From Dehalococcoidia bacterium (GTDB lineage: Bacteria > Chloroflexota > Dehalococcoidia > Lucifugimonadales > UBA3495), in assembly GCA_965207865.1 (NCBI GenBank), contig CBDBNP010000005.1:112055-176054 (forward strand): a stretch of 64,000 bases of DNA. Direction: 5' to 3'. Made by a program: the position numbers and the translations under genes. Shown here one piece after another: positions 39,266-49,160 of this stretch. How positions within the stretch are numbered: the stretch's first letter is position 1; every line of letters starts with the position of its first letter. The notes beneath the pieces were generated by a model, which made no database searches, had not been told where the DNA came from, and saw only the letters and a program-made list of their open reading frames with translations.

Positions 39266-40153
39266 CTATGGGCCGGTGATTGGGAGGTCAGGGTAGGCCT
39301 GAGACGTGGGAAAGGGATTATCGGGGTCAACCCTCCGTAGCAGGTAGGCCTCGGATGCCATGATCTCGTCCACTTGGTCCGGGAAGTCCTCGAACTTGTC
39401 TGCGAAGGCGCGAATCAGACGGCCCGACATCCCGCCACAGTCGTCGCTCCCAAGGAACACAGCCAGCTCGGCAGCACGCTCGATAGATGCTCCCTCCCCG
39501 GAGGTCACCTGCACCCCACGCTCATAAGTGGCCATGTCGCCGATGGCCAAGGAGAGGTCGCGTGTCTCCTCCCACATCCGTGTGTTTATGGAGCCGGGAC
39601 TGATGGCGTTTACCGTAATCGGGGTGTCGGCCAGTTCCAGGGCGAGGTTCTCGGTGAAATTTACGATGGCAATCTTGGCCGCGTCGTAGGCTGTGGTGTT
39701 GGGACCGCCTACGCCCGACATGTTGACGATGCGTCCACTGCCTCGCTCGAGCATCGACGGGATGGCCGCGTGGCAGCCGTAGAACACGCCCATCAGGTGG
39801 ACTGCGATGGTGCGTGCCCAATCGGCCGGATCGTTGTCCCACACCCGGCCCACCGGTCCGATGTTGCCGGCGTTGTTGACCAGAACGTCAATTGCGCCAA
39901 AATGTTCCAGGGTGCTTCTGATGGCGTTGTCCACTTGGGAGAACGCGGAAACGTCGGCGATCATCGTGATGACCTCGGCACCGAATTGCTCGGAAACAAG
40001 CTCGGCTGTCTCCTCCAACTCAGTGGCCGTGCGCGCCGACAGCGCCAGTCGCGCTCCCTCAGCGGCGTAGGCCAGGGCGATGGCGCGTCCGATGCCCCTC
40101 CCGCCACCGGTTATGTGAGCCACCCGCCCATCGAGGCGCTTCCCATCAGCCAT
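39266..40153 (-). CDS. SDR family oxidoreductase
   Basis: TGGGRGIG, DVLVNNAG, YDAAK (YxxxK), NAISPG. Confidence 0.9.
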   Translation of the reverse strand: MADGKRLDGRVAHITGGGRGIGRAIALAYAAEGARLALSARTATELEETAELVSEQFGAEVITMIADVSAFSQVDNAIRSTLEHFGAIDVLVNNAGNIGPVGRVWDNDPADWARTIAVHLMGVFYGCHAAIPSMLERGSGRIVNMSGVGGPNTTAYDAAKIAIVNFTENLALELADTPITVNAISPGSINTRMWEETRDLSLAIGDMATYERGVQVTSGEGASIERAAELAVFLGSDDCGGMSGRLIRAFADKFEDFPDQVDEIMASEAYLLRRVDPDNPFPTSQAYPDLPITGP

Positions 40154-40256
40154 CCTGCCAACTCCCCTCCGAACCCGTATTGGTCTGCGAGTGATAAAAT
40201 CAAGGCAAATACTACACGAAAATTTCAGTCTATTGACTGAAGGACGGAGCGTCAGC

Positions 40257-40835
40257 ATGTCGGACGGACATCAGACGGTGGCCTTCACCAGCATGGCCGA
40301 AGGGACCCGCGAAGACTACGAGCTGCTGGAGGGCCTGGAGGCCGAGTTCGCCAAGGGAACGGCGGACCGGGTGCTGGACCAGCTCCGCTCCTTGTCGGGT
40401 TCACTCTCAGGGTACAAGGTAGACCGGCTGGAACACTCGCTGCAAAGCGCCACTCGGGCCCACCGCGACGGTGCCGACGAGGAGATGGTGGTGGCCGCCT
40501 TGCTCCACGACATCGGCGACCTGCTATCGCCCTACAACCACAGCGAGATGGCGGCGGCAGTGCTCCGGCCATACGTGTCGGAAAAGACCTACTGGGTCGT
40601 ACGCCACCACGGGCTGTTCCAGAGCTACTACTACGCCCACCACACGGGCGGCGACCGCAACGCCCGCGATGCTTTCCGCGACCATCCCTGGTACCAGGAT
40701 ACGGTGGATTTCTGCCATCGCTGGGACCAGTCATCCTTTGACCCGGACTACGAATCGCTGCCCCTGGAGTTTTTCGAGCCCATGGTGCAACGCATCTTCG
40801 CCCGCGAGCCGTTCAGCGTGGCGGAACGCGACTGA
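40257..40835 (+). CDS. HD-domain metalloprotein (PhnZ/TmpB/MIOX-like branch)
   Basis: EHSLQSATRA, ALLHDIGD, NHSE, RHHG, WDQ..FDP: extended His set of diiron HD proteins. Confidence 0.75.
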   Translation: MSDGHQTVAFTSMAEGTREDYELLEGLEAEFAKGTADRVLDQLRSLSGSLSGYKVDRLEHSLQSATRAHRDGADEEMVVAALLHDIGDLLSPYNHSEMAAAVLRPYVSEKTYWVVRHHGLFQSYYYAHHTGGDRNARDAFRDHPWYQDTVDFCHRWDQSSFDPDYESLPLEFFEPMVQRIFAREPFSVAERD

Positions 40836-40843
40836 TTGACGGA

Positions 40844-41425
40844 TCAGCTTCGGCGGGGCAAGGCGTCTTTCAGTTCCTCGCTGGTCTTCCAAGCTGGTTG
40901 CGGCGTTTCCCGGCCCTCGTGGGGAACGTACTCCGATGGTTCCACGAACTGGTATTTGTGGACATAGCGGGGGCAGTTCCGGTAGACCTCGGTGACCTCA
41001 ACGCGCACAATGAACTGGGCCTCAGCGTACTCAGCCAGAAGGGCATCGTGTTCGTCGATGCTGGCGATGCCCTGGATGCGCAGTCGCTGGCTCCCCTCGA
41101 AGTCCACGAAAAGCAAGCCCACGTTCGGGTTGCGCAGCAGGTTGCCCATGGACTGGTACTTGCCATTGCCGTCGTAGTTGGGGAAAGCGATGGTCCTTTC
41201 GTCCACGATGCGGACGAACCCGGGATCGCCGCCCTTGTATGAGCAGGTGGGAAGGCCGCGATCATCGCAGGTGGCGAGGAAGAACATTCGCGCTTGCTCG
41301 ATGATGGGCCGGAATTCGTCGCCAATTGTCTCGGTCACCCGTTCCTTGAGACGGTCGGCCAGCCTGCGCGTGTCGAAGCGTTCCTGCAATTGCAGATTGC
41401 CATCGTGGTAATCGTGAACCTTCAT
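40844..41425 (-). CDS. pyridoxamine 5'-phosphate oxidase family FMN-binding protein
   Basis: FFLAT, CSYKGGDPGFVR, FPNYDGNG...SMGNL..NP.VGLLF, NCPRY. Confidence 0.85.
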   Translation of the reverse strand: MKVHDYHDGNLQLQERFDTRRLADRLKERVTETIGDEFRPIIEQARMFFLATCDDRGLPTCSYKGGDPGFVRIVDERTIAFPNYDGNGKYQSMGNLLRNPNVGLLFVDFEGSQRLRIQGIASIDEHDALLAEYAEAQFIVRVEVTEVYRNCPRYVHKYQFVEPSEYVPHEGRETPQPAWKTSEELKDALPRRS

Positions 41426-41508
41426 GAGCAACCTTCCTGTCGGCACACAGCCGTGCGCCTCTACATTGTTTCACCAAGCAACGGAGCGGAGTTGGTCCCC
41501 CGCCACTC

Positions 41509-41883
41509 TCAGGACTTGTGGGTACGGGTGCGGCGGATTTGGACTGCGGCGAAATCGATGGCTGAGCCACGAATTGGGGGATTGGGTTTTTTCACCGTTA
41601 CCGAAACGGCTTCGACCGGGAATTCAGACAATACACGGTCGGCTATGGCCTCAGCGGCGGATTCCAGGAGATTGCGAGGCTCACCCTCGATAACGGCACG
41701 TACCGATCGATATATGTGGGCGTAGCTGACCGTATCCTCCAACTTGTCCGAGCCACCCGCACGGCCCAGGTCCAGGTTCACGGTCAGATCAACCACGTAC
41801 CGCTGCCCCAGCACCCTCTCTTCCGGGTTTACGCCGTGATAGCCATAGAATTGCATGCCTTGCAGGATGATCTGATCAGACAT
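41509..41883 (-). CDS. folB: dihydroneopterin aldolase
   Basis: FYGYHGVNPEERVLGQRY.VD, DKLEDTVSY, NLLESAAE, VKKPNPP. Confidence 0.95.
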   Translation of the reverse strand: MSDQIILQGMQFYGYHGVNPEERVLGQRYVVDLTVNLDLGRAGGSDKLEDTVSYAHIYRSVRAVIEGEPRNLLESAAEAIADRVLSEFPVEAVSVTVKKPNPPIRGSAIDFAAVQIRRTRTHKS

Positions 41884-41895
41884 GTCCGGAACCAA

Positions 41896-42774
41896 TTATG
41901 CGCCAGTCTTGGCGATTGAGTCGGCAAGCGCCAGCAGGTTCTGGGCGCGCTTGACCACGGGCACGTCGACCATCCGGCCATCGAGCGCCAGCGAGCCCCG
42001 CCCGGCTGCCTCGGCGGCGTCCCACGCCTCCATCACGCGACGGGCGTATTCGATCTCCTCGGCGGAGGGGCTGAAGGTCTCGTTGATTATCTCAAGCTGG
42101 GCCGGATGAATGGCAAACTTGCCGGTGTAACCCATCCTCCGCGCCGTCTGGGCGTCATTTCGGAGGGCGTCCGGGTCCCGGAAACGAACAAAGGGCGAGT
42201 CCAGGCCGCCTACGTCGGCAGCACGAGCGGCAACGGGGACCCACGATCTGGGAACGGCGACCTCCTCGCCGGTGTCAGTGCGCTCGATGCCCATGTCGTT
42301 GGTGAAGTCCTCTGCCCCGAAGGCAATGGCGACAACGCGGGCTGACGACTCGGCGATGGCGCGGGCGTCCCACATGGCCTTGGCTGTTTCGATCCAGGGA
42401 ATGATGCGCAGGGTGCCCACCTCGATGCCGGCGGCGGCCTCCAGCGGGGAGAGCAGGGAGTCGACGGTGCGGATGTCGCGCACCGACCCAACCTTGCCCA
42501 GGCTGATGCCGTGCAGGGCAGGGGAGACCACCGCCTCCAGTTCCGCGCGGGTCAAGCCGGTGTCCAGGGAGTTCACGCGCACCATGATGCGCTTGCCCTC
42601 GGCGCGCAGGGCGGGGACCCATTGCCGCGCCATTTCGCGGGCAGCGGCCTTCTCGCCCGGAGGCACGGAATCCTCGAGATCGACCATGATGATGTCGGCG
42701 CCGAAGGAGCGTGCCCGCTCCAGCATGTTTTTCCGGTTACCGGGAACGAATATCAGGCTGCGAATCAATTCCAT
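41896..42774 (-). CDS. CitE-like CoA ester lyase (HpcH/HpaI aldolase/citrate lyase family)
   Basis: RSLIFVPGN, DLEDSVP, VRVN, IETA, FGAEDF, GKFAIHPAQ, DGRMVDVP. Confidence 0.9.
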   Translation of the reverse strand: MELIRSLIFVPGNRKNMLERARSFGADIIMVDLEDSVPPGEKAAAREMARQWVPALRAEGKRIMVRVNSLDTGLTRAELEAVVSPALHGISLGKVGSVRDIRTVDSLLSPLEAAAGIEVGTLRIIPWIETAKAMWDARAIAESSARVVAIAFGAEDFTNDMGIERTDTGEEVAVPRSWVPVAARAADVGGLDSPFVRFRDPDALRNDAQTARRMGYTGKFAIHPAQLEIINETFSPSAEEIEYARRVMEAWDAAEAAGRGSLALDGRMVDVPVVKRAQNLLALADSIAKTGA

Positions 42775-42787
42775 TGGGATAGCTCAC

Positions 42788-43147
42788 TTACAGGATGTAG
42801 GGCGGATAAATTTCGTCGTCCGGCACTTTCTCAATTTTATGGTTCACCGGATCGACCCTGAATCTTAGATTTTGGAGCAATTCGTAACCCAACAAAGGAG
42901 TGGCTGCCGGTACCAGAATCGCTGTGAAATCCTGCCCCATAAGTTCACCGTCAGCTACGTAGGTTTCAGCATCAACGAGTCCGGTTGCACTGACCAATTT
43001 GACTGTCATGCGTCGTCGACGGAGACCCAGCGCGTAGATTTCTTCGTGTGGCAAAGCTAGAAATGTCGATCCCGTATCGACCATAAACTCGTACTCGCGA
43101 GTCTCCACCTCTCCGAAGACCTTGGCATGTACTTTCGTTACTCCCAT
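42788..43147 (-). CDS. clan AA (retropepsin-like) aspartyl protease
   Basis: FMVDTGST catalytic motif and PLLGYELL..L.F.VDP flap/C-terminal pattern in a single ~119-aa domain. Confidence 0.8.
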   Translation of the reverse strand: MGVTKVHAKVFGEVETREYEFMVDTGSTFLALPHEEIYALGLRRRRMTVKLVSATGLVDAETYVADGELMGQDFTAILVPAATPLLGYELLQNLRFRVDPVNHKIEKVPDDEIYPPYIL

Positions 43148-43190
43148 TTGATCAATCCTCGCACCTCGCAGCTTTTAGCGTACTACCAGC

Positions 43191-45947
43191 CTACTCCATG
43201 TCGCCCCAGTTGTCGGCCCACTTGGCATCCACCTTCAGGGTGACGTCCATGTCCATGGCGGCGGGCATCTCGTCGAACACCAGGGCTTTCAGCGCGTCCA
43301 TCTCATCCACCGGTGTTTCGAACACCAGCTCGTCGTGGACCTGCAGGAGCATTTTTGTCTGCATCTCCTCGGCGTCGAGGCGCCGCTGCACCCGGACCAT
43401 GGCCAGCTTCATAATGTCAGCCGCTGTGCCCTGAATGGGCATATTGATGGCCATACGCTCGGCGCCGCCCCGGGTGTTGAAATTGGAGCTGTTGATCTCG
43501 GGCAGGTAGCGTCGACGGCCCATAAGTGTCTCCACGTACTGGTCGACACGGGCCTGCGCCTTGACGCGCTCCAGGTACTCGCTTATGCCGGGGTACTTCG
43601 CGAAGTATGTGTCAATGAACTCCTTGCCCTGATCCCGGTTGAAGCCCGTCTGCTGGGAGATGCCGTGTGCTGAGAGGCCGTAGATCACGCCAAAATTCAG
43701 CACCTTCGCGATGCGGCGCATGTCGGAATCCACGTCGTTCAGCGGCACCTCGAACATCAGCGACGCGGTCGACGAGTGAATGTCCTCGCCGCGCCGGAAG
43801 GCGTCCAGCAGCCCAGGGTCCTGCGACATGTGGGCCAGCACCCGCAGCTCGATCTGCGAGTAGTCAGCGGAGAAGAGCTGCCAGTCCGGGGCGCCATCGG
43901 CCACGAAGGCCCGCCGGACCTGCCTCCCTGCCTCGGTGCGTATGGGAATGTTCTGCAGGTTTGGATCGCTGCTGGAGATACGGCCGGTGGCCGACCCAGT
44001 TTGGTTGTAGCTGGTATGCACCCGTCCAGTGCGAGGATTAACCATGTCCGGCAGCGCGTCGACGTAGGTCGACTTGAGCTTGGATACCTGCCGGTATTCG
44101 AGGATCTGGTCAACCACGGGGTGGATGCCCTTCAATCCCTCCAGGGTGTTGGCGTCGGTGGAGTAGTGGCCAGTCTTGGTGCGCCTAGTGTGAGGCAGCC
44201 CCAGCTCCTTGAACAGCAGATCGCTGAGTTGTGCCGGCGAGTTCAGGTTCACTTGGTGACCAACGGAAGCATAGATCCCCGACTCGATCTCGCCCATCTG
44301 CCGGAACATATCGGCGGACATTTCGTGCAACACGCCTGCGTCCAGCCTGATGCCATGCCGCTGCATCCTCACCAGCACTGGCAACAGGGCTATTTCCGTG
44401 TCGTCCATCAGGCCGCGAAGTTCCTGCCGTTCCACCTGTGGCTCGAATATCTCGCGAAGTCGGTAGGTTATGTCGGCGTCGGCCGCAGCGTATTCGGAGG
44501 CCACAGCGATGTCCACCTGGTCGAAGGTGATCTGCTTTCGTCCCCGGCCAATGAGTTCAGTGATTGGCGTCATTTCGTGGCCCAGCTCATTGAGGGACAA
44601 GTCCTTGAGGCCCAGCTGGTTGTAGCTCTTGCCCAGCAGATGGGCCGCGATCATGCTGTCAAAGTCGACGTTCTCGAAGCGGACACCGTGGTTGGCCAGC
44701 ACTGTCATATCGTAGTTGGCGTTGTGGGCGCACTTGGCGATGTCAGGCGATTCGAACAGTGGGCGCACGGCGGCCAGCACAGACTCGATGGGCAGTTGCG
44801 TCCCCTCACGATGGCCCACCGGCACGTACCAGGACCGCCCGGGCGCGGTGGCGAAGCTGAGTCCCACCAGGTCCGCACGCATAGCGTCCAGGTTGGTGGT
44901 CTCCGTATCGAAGGTAAAGGCGCCGGTCTCCTCAATGGCAGCGATCATCGATTCCAGCTGGTCGGCGCTTTGCACCACCGTGTAGTCGGTGGCCACTTCC
45001 TCTCTTCCGGAATCAGCCTCGGCCACATCGGAGCCATCGGGGCTGGGCACCCGGGACACCACGCTGTAGAACTCTAGCTCACTGAGCAGGGCGACCACAT
45101 CGCGGCGATCGTAATTCCAGAAGCGGCACTGCTCCAGGTCCAGCGAGACCGGGGCCTCCCGATCGATCGTCATGAGGCGGCGATTCTCGAAGGCTCGCTC
45201 CCGGTTTTCTCCCAGCGCCGCTTTTACGCTGGGGGGTTTTACTACCTCAAGGTTCTCGTAGATCCCTTCAAGGCTGCCGTAGTCATTGAGCAGTTTCGCG
45301 GCCGTCTTTTCACCGACACGGGGGACGCCCGGTATGTTGTCCGATGTATCGCCCACCATCGCCTTGAAGTCCGGCTGCTGCGCCGCAGTGAGGCCGGAGT
45401 AACGCTCGGCCAGCTCACCCTCGTCATAGACCTTGCGGTCCTGGATGCTGGAGGCGAGGTCAACGCGTACCTTTGGCGAGATGAGCTGGAAAGTGTCGCG
45501 GTCTCCCGTCAGTATCACCGAGTCGACGCCCTCCTCCTCGGCCTGACGTGTCAGGGTGCCTATTACGTCGTCGGCCTCCCAGCCCTCAAGCTCGAAGACC
45601 GGCACGCCGAATGCGGCCATGAGTTGTTTAACCCGGTCGAACTGTGGACGCAGCTCCGGCGGCGTCGGCTGCCGCTGCGCCTTGTATTCCTCGAACTCCA
45701 GGTGCCGGAATGTTGGCGCCGAGGTGTCGAAGGCGATGGCGCAGTAGGCCGGGTTCCACTCCTGCAGCGCCCGCAGGAACACGTTGGTGAACCCATATAC
45801 GCCGGTGGTGTCCTCGCCCGTGGCGCTGCTGGTCAGGTTGCGCTGGGTGGAGATGGCCCGGAACGACCGATGCACCATGGCGTGGCCGTCCATGATCATC
45901 AGGAGCGGCTGTCGTTCGGGGGCAAAGAGGGGCATGGTCATGGTCAT
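43191..45947 (-). CDS. polA: DNA polymerase I
   Basis: MDGHAMVHRSF 5'-3' exonuclease, EADDVIGTL, GDTSDNIPGV, FDTETT 3'-5' exonuclease, TATGRISSSDPNLQNIP, ADYSQIELR, AKVLNFGVIYG, LQVHDELVF. Confidence 0.97.
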   Translation of the reverse strand: MTMTMPLFAPERQPLLMIMDGHAMVHRSFRAISTQRNLTSSATGEDTTGVYGFTNVFLRALQEWNPAYCAIAFDTSAPTFRHLEFEEYKAQRQPTPPELRPQFDRVKQLMAAFGVPVFELEGWEADDVIGTLTRQAEEEGVDSVILTGDRDTFQLISPKVRVDLASSIQDRKVYDEGELAERYSGLTAAQQPDFKAMVGDTSDNIPGVPRVGEKTAAKLLNDYGSLEGIYENLEVVKPPSVKAALGENRERAFENRRLMTIDREAPVSLDLEQCRFWNYDRRDVVALLSELEFYSVVSRVPSPDGSDVAEADSGREEVATDYTVVQSADQLESMIAAIEETGAFTFDTETTNLDAMRADLVGLSFATAPGRSWYVPVGHREGTQLPIESVLAAVRPLFESPDIAKCAHNANYDMTVLANHGVRFENVDFDSMIAAHLLGKSYNQLGLKDLSLNELGHEMTPITELIGRGRKQITFDQVDIAVASEYAAADADITYRLREIFEPQVERQELRGLMDDTEIALLPVLVRMQRHGIRLDAGVLHEMSADMFRQMGEIESGIYASVGHQVNLNSPAQLSDLLFKELGLPHTRRTKTGHYSTDANTLEGLKGIHPVVDQILEYRQVSKLKSTYVDALPDMVNPRTGRVHTSYNQTGSATGRISSSDPNLQNIPIRTEAGRQVRRAFVADGAPDWQLFSADYSQIELRVLAHMSQDPGLLDAFRRGEDIHSSTASLMFEVPLNDVDSDMRRIAKVLNFGVIYGLSAHGISQQTGFNRDQGKEFIDTYFAKYPGISEYLERVKAQARVDQYVETLMGRRRYLPEINSSNFNTRGGAERMAINMPIQGTAADIMKLAMVRVQRRLDAEEMQTKMLLQVHDELVFETPVDEMDALKALVFDEMPAAMDMDVTLKVDAKWADNWGDME

Positions 45948-46013
45948 GGCGGCACCTCGGAGCAGCTGGTCTACGGTGGCCGCATTATACATTAGAGGAG
46001 GGGAGTGGCCGGT

Positions 46014-47336
46014 TCACTCCACTTCGAGCTCGGCGAGGATTTTCTCCAGGCGGGGGTTGAAGACATCCCTGAACTTGGGCAGTGTTTCCAGCATCCAAGC
46101 GCGGATTTCGTCGAGTTTTTGTGGTGGTTCATCGATAGACCCACAGGTTATCAGAGAAACGCTTGACCCGTTGTCGGAATCTCCATCAAACCAATAGAGT
46201 TGTGAACCGATTAGTTCCGCAATTTCCTCGTGCTGTTCTTTCAGTGACTGATACAAGAGCTGCACAGAGTCTAAGTTTCCCCATAACCACAAGCAGACCC
46301 ATGCGCCTTCATCATCCAATCCTGCTACAAACCACACATCTTGATGGCCGTGAGCAAACCAATATTGCGTATACTGCATTTCCGCCTCTGCCGACCCAAA
46401 GCCTGCTTTCTCAAGTTCGTCCACCAGCGGGTTGAAGAATTCTCGGCATTTGAGTGCGGTTGGCGACGGAGCTTCGACCGGGGTTGTCCTCACACTACCG
46501 TTCCACTTCTTGGGTACAGCCACTGGCCTAAAATCTGGTGCGGGAAGAGAATCGCCAATCTTTATCGCGTGAATCTCGACTGCAAAAAACCAGACCTTCT
46601 CAGGCGCCAATTCGTTCAGCCAGTCAATTGCATGTCTATGCTCCGACCCGAAATTAGAAGCGATCCACACAACATAGCCTGCTTCGTATTCCGCCCCATA
46701 GGTGATGGATTGCCCCAGATGACCATGGTCCGTCTGTCCAAGCTGATTCTCGATTGCCACTAGGTTCTCGTCATCAACTTCCCTCGCGAGAATGTCAAGA
46801 GAAAAATTGCCAACAGCCGCCTCTTGCTCCTCTAAAATGAGATTCAGCCCCAACGCACGACCCAGAAAGCCCAAGTTCTCGGGTTGCGCCAGCCAAGTAG
46901 TGAAGTTGTACGCTTCGTGAGGCCAAATGTCTCGCAAATTCAATTCTTGGATTTCGCCTAATTCTCGCATTGCCATTGCGTTTCCCTCCCCTCGTTGTGC
47001 GGTATCGCCGGGACGGATGGCGAAGTCGCGGCGGTCCCGGTACAACCGCGCGCGATTCAGGACGCTGTCGTAAGTTTCCGGGTCAATGTCCTCCACGTCG
47101 TCCATAACCCAGTACTTGTATTCTCCAAGGAACAGGTACGGACGTGTCTGGTGGAAGAACTGGCCCTCGATGCCCTCTCCCCGAAGGACGCGGCGGCAGA
47201 ATTCTGCCAGCAGTTCCTGCTGACCATCCTTCTGAATCACCACGTACTCGTGTGGCCATGTTTCACGATAAGTCACCGCTTCCCGCCAAGGTGCGCGGGC
47301 AATGAGCTCAATAATGTTCGTCTCCGAACTCTCCAT
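46014..47336 (-). CDS. fusion: N-terminal PHEY...YKYW domain, PD-(D/E)xK-like nuclease module, DUF4268-like C-terminal domain
   Basis: From ~aa 120: LRDIWPHEAYNFTTWLA...VGNFSLDILA...IENQLGQTDHGHLGQ.ITY, recalled as the N-terminus of DUF4268-type proteins; the first ~115 aa form a separate domain. Confidence 0.65.
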   Translation of the reverse strand: MESSETNIIELIARAPWREAVTYRETWPHEYVVIQKDGQQELLAEFCRRVLRGEGIEGQFFHQTRPYLFLGEYKYWVMDDVEDIDPETYDSVLNRARLYRDRRDFAIRPGDTAQRGEGNAMAMRELGEIQELNLRDIWPHEAYNFTTWLAQPENLGFLGRALGLNLILEEQEAAVGNFSLDILAREVDDENLVAIENQLGQTDHGHLGQSITYGAEYEAGYVVWIASNFGSEHRHAIDWLNELAPEKVWFFAVEIHAIKIGDSLPAPDFRPVAVPKKWNGSVRTTPVEAPSPTALKCREFFNPLVDELEKAGFGSAEAEMQYTQYWFAHGHQDVWFVAGLDDEGAWVCLWLWGNLDSVQLLYQSLKEQHEEIAELIGSQLYWFDGDSDNGSSVSLITCGSIDEPPQKLDEIRAWMLETLPKFRDVFNPRLEKILAELEVE

Positions 47337-47460
47337 ACTTCGGTTCCTCTCTGACAGACCCAGATCGATTTATGACCCAACTTAGCAGATAGAATTAGCC
47401 CAATGTATTACGACACTCCGTCTGCGAAACGTCGGGCCTCCGTGCTAAAATGCCGGTGAT

Positions 47461-47775
47461 ATGCCCATTTATGAGTATCGTTGCGGCGGCTGCAGCGCGG
47501 TGAGTTCCAGGCTGGTGTACAGCTGGTCGGGGGACCGTGCCATCGAGTGCCCCCAGTGCGGCGGCACGGACATGGAGCGGCTGATGTCGGCCTTTTCGTT
47601 CCGGGCCTCCTGGGGCGACAGCCTGAACTGGGTGCCCAGCGGCGAGACCACGCGTGATGTGGACGAGAGCAGCGCCGCCAGCATCGACCAGCACATGGGG
47701 CGCATCAAGAAAGAAATGGGCGGCCAGACCACCCCGGACTTCAACCGGGAGCGTCGGGAAATCAGGGATAGCTGA
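47461..47775 (+). CDS. FmdB family zinc-ribbon protein
   Basis: MPIYEYRCGGC...CPQCG...ERLMS. Confidence 0.85.
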   Translation: MPIYEYRCGGCSAVSSRLVYSWSGDRAIECPQCGGTDMERLMSAFSFRASWGDSLNWVPSGETTRDVDESSAASIDQHMGRIKKEMGGQTTPDFNRERREIRDS

Positions 47776-47847
47776 TATCACGCCCTCACCCCGACCTCTC
47801 CCAGAGGGAGAGCGAGTTTAGTGACCGGAGCAGAGGCTGGAGACATC

Positions 47848-48189
47848 ATGCCAACTTACGAATACAGGTGCCAGGAGTGTGGAAGGGTGTCGTCCTTCTT
47901 CGTTCGCTCCATTGGCAGCGAGGTCACGGCGGTCTGCACGCACTGTGGAAGTGGCGAGATGTCGCGCCGGATGTCGTCCTTTGCGGTGGGGAAGACTGTG
48001 GGCTCCGTTCACGAACAGTTCGGGCCCGGCACTGAGTACCGCACGCCGGAGTATTACAGCGATCCGCGCAACATCGGGCGCAACGTCGAGTCGGCCTTCG
48101 AAAAACACGGCGTGGAGATGCCCCAGTCGGTACGCGATAACATAGACGCCGCCCGCTCGGGCGAGACTCCCAAGGGGCTTGACCTGTGA
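47848..48189 (+). CDS. FmdB family zinc-ribbon protein (second paralogue)
   Basis: MPTYEYRCQECG...CTHCG...RRMS. Confidence 0.85.
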   Translation: MPTYEYRCQECGRVSSFFVRSIGSEVTAVCTHCGSGEMSRRMSSFAVGKTVGSVHEQFGPGTEYRTPEYYSDPRNIGRNVESAFEKHGVEMPQSVRDNIDAARSGETPKGLDL

Positions 48190-49160
48190 GCACGTCAGGG
48201 CACACTAACTACTCCATGGTCCACCATTGCCTGAGCGCAGTGGCAGCGTCTGCGCCATCTGCCTCCGCTGCGGCCCGCCAGGGGCTGATGGAACTGATGC
48301 CGTCCCTTCCATCTCCGCTGGCCCTCGCTGGCGGGGACGGTGCACCGCCGCAGAGCAGCGAAGAAACACTGAACCTGCTGGCCACCGCCGATCTGTTGCT
48401 TTCGCAGCTTGAGGCGAACGAGGCTTCCAGCCCCATCCCGTGGGAGATCGCCGGTCGCATACGCCACACCCTCAGAGAGTTGTCGGCGGCAGTCGGTGCG
48501 AGCTTGCGCCGCGAGAAGGCCGACCAGGTGCGGGGCCTCTACGTCATCATCGATCCCCAGGTCACGGGAGGGCGAGACCCCTACGACATCGCCGTCGCCG
48601 CGGTCAACGGCGGAGCGCGGATGCTGCAGTTGCGGGACAAGCTGCGAGACAAGGGAGAGTCCCTGCCGCTGGCCACGGCCCTGCAGGACCTGTGCCAGCG
48701 CAACGGAGCCCTGTTGATCATCAACGACCACGCCGACGTGGCCGCTGGTGTGGGGTCCGGTGGCCTGCACGTGGGCCAGACCGACCTGCCCGTGGCCCAG
48801 GCCAGGCAGGTCCTGTCGCCCCATCAAGTGCTGGGACGCTCCAACCGGGAGTACGCGCAGCTTGAGGAATCCAAGGCTTTGGGCGCAGACCACGTCGCCT
48901 TCGGAGCCATCTACGCCACCACCAGCAAGGGTGTCGCCCGCAACCCGCAGGGACCGGAGCGGGTGCGTGAGGCCAAGGCCATCGCCGGGGACACGCCGTT
49001 GGTGGCCATCGGCGGGATCAACCTGGACAACGTCACCCCTGTGGTGGAGGCAGGAGCCGACGCCATCTGCGTCACTGCCGCGGTGGCCTCTGCCGCAGAA
49101 CCGGAGGCGGCGGCAGCGGCGATGACCGCAGCCATCGAAGCGGCCGGGGGGCGAGTCTGA
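48186..49160 (+). CDS. thiE: thiamine-phosphate synthase with N-terminal helical extension
   Basis: GLYVI, LQLRDK, LIINDH.DVA, GLHVGQ.D, LGRS, ADHVAFG.IY.T.SK, VAIGGI. Confidence 0.9.
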   Translation: MSTSGHTNYSMVHHCLSAVAASAPSASAAARQGLMELMPSLPSPLALAGGDGAPPQSSEETLNLLATADLLLSQLEANEASSPIPWEIAGRIRHTLRELSAAVGASLRREKADQVRGLYVIIDPQVTGGRDPYDIAVAAVNGGARMLQLRDKLRDKGESLPLATALQDLCQRNGALLIINDHADVAAGVGSGGLHVGQTDLPVAQARQVLSPHQVLGRSNREYAQLEESKALGADHVAFGAIYATTSKGVARNPQGPERVREAKAIAGDTPLVAIGGINLDNVTPVVEAGADAICVTAAVASAAEPEAAAAAMTAAIEAAGGRV

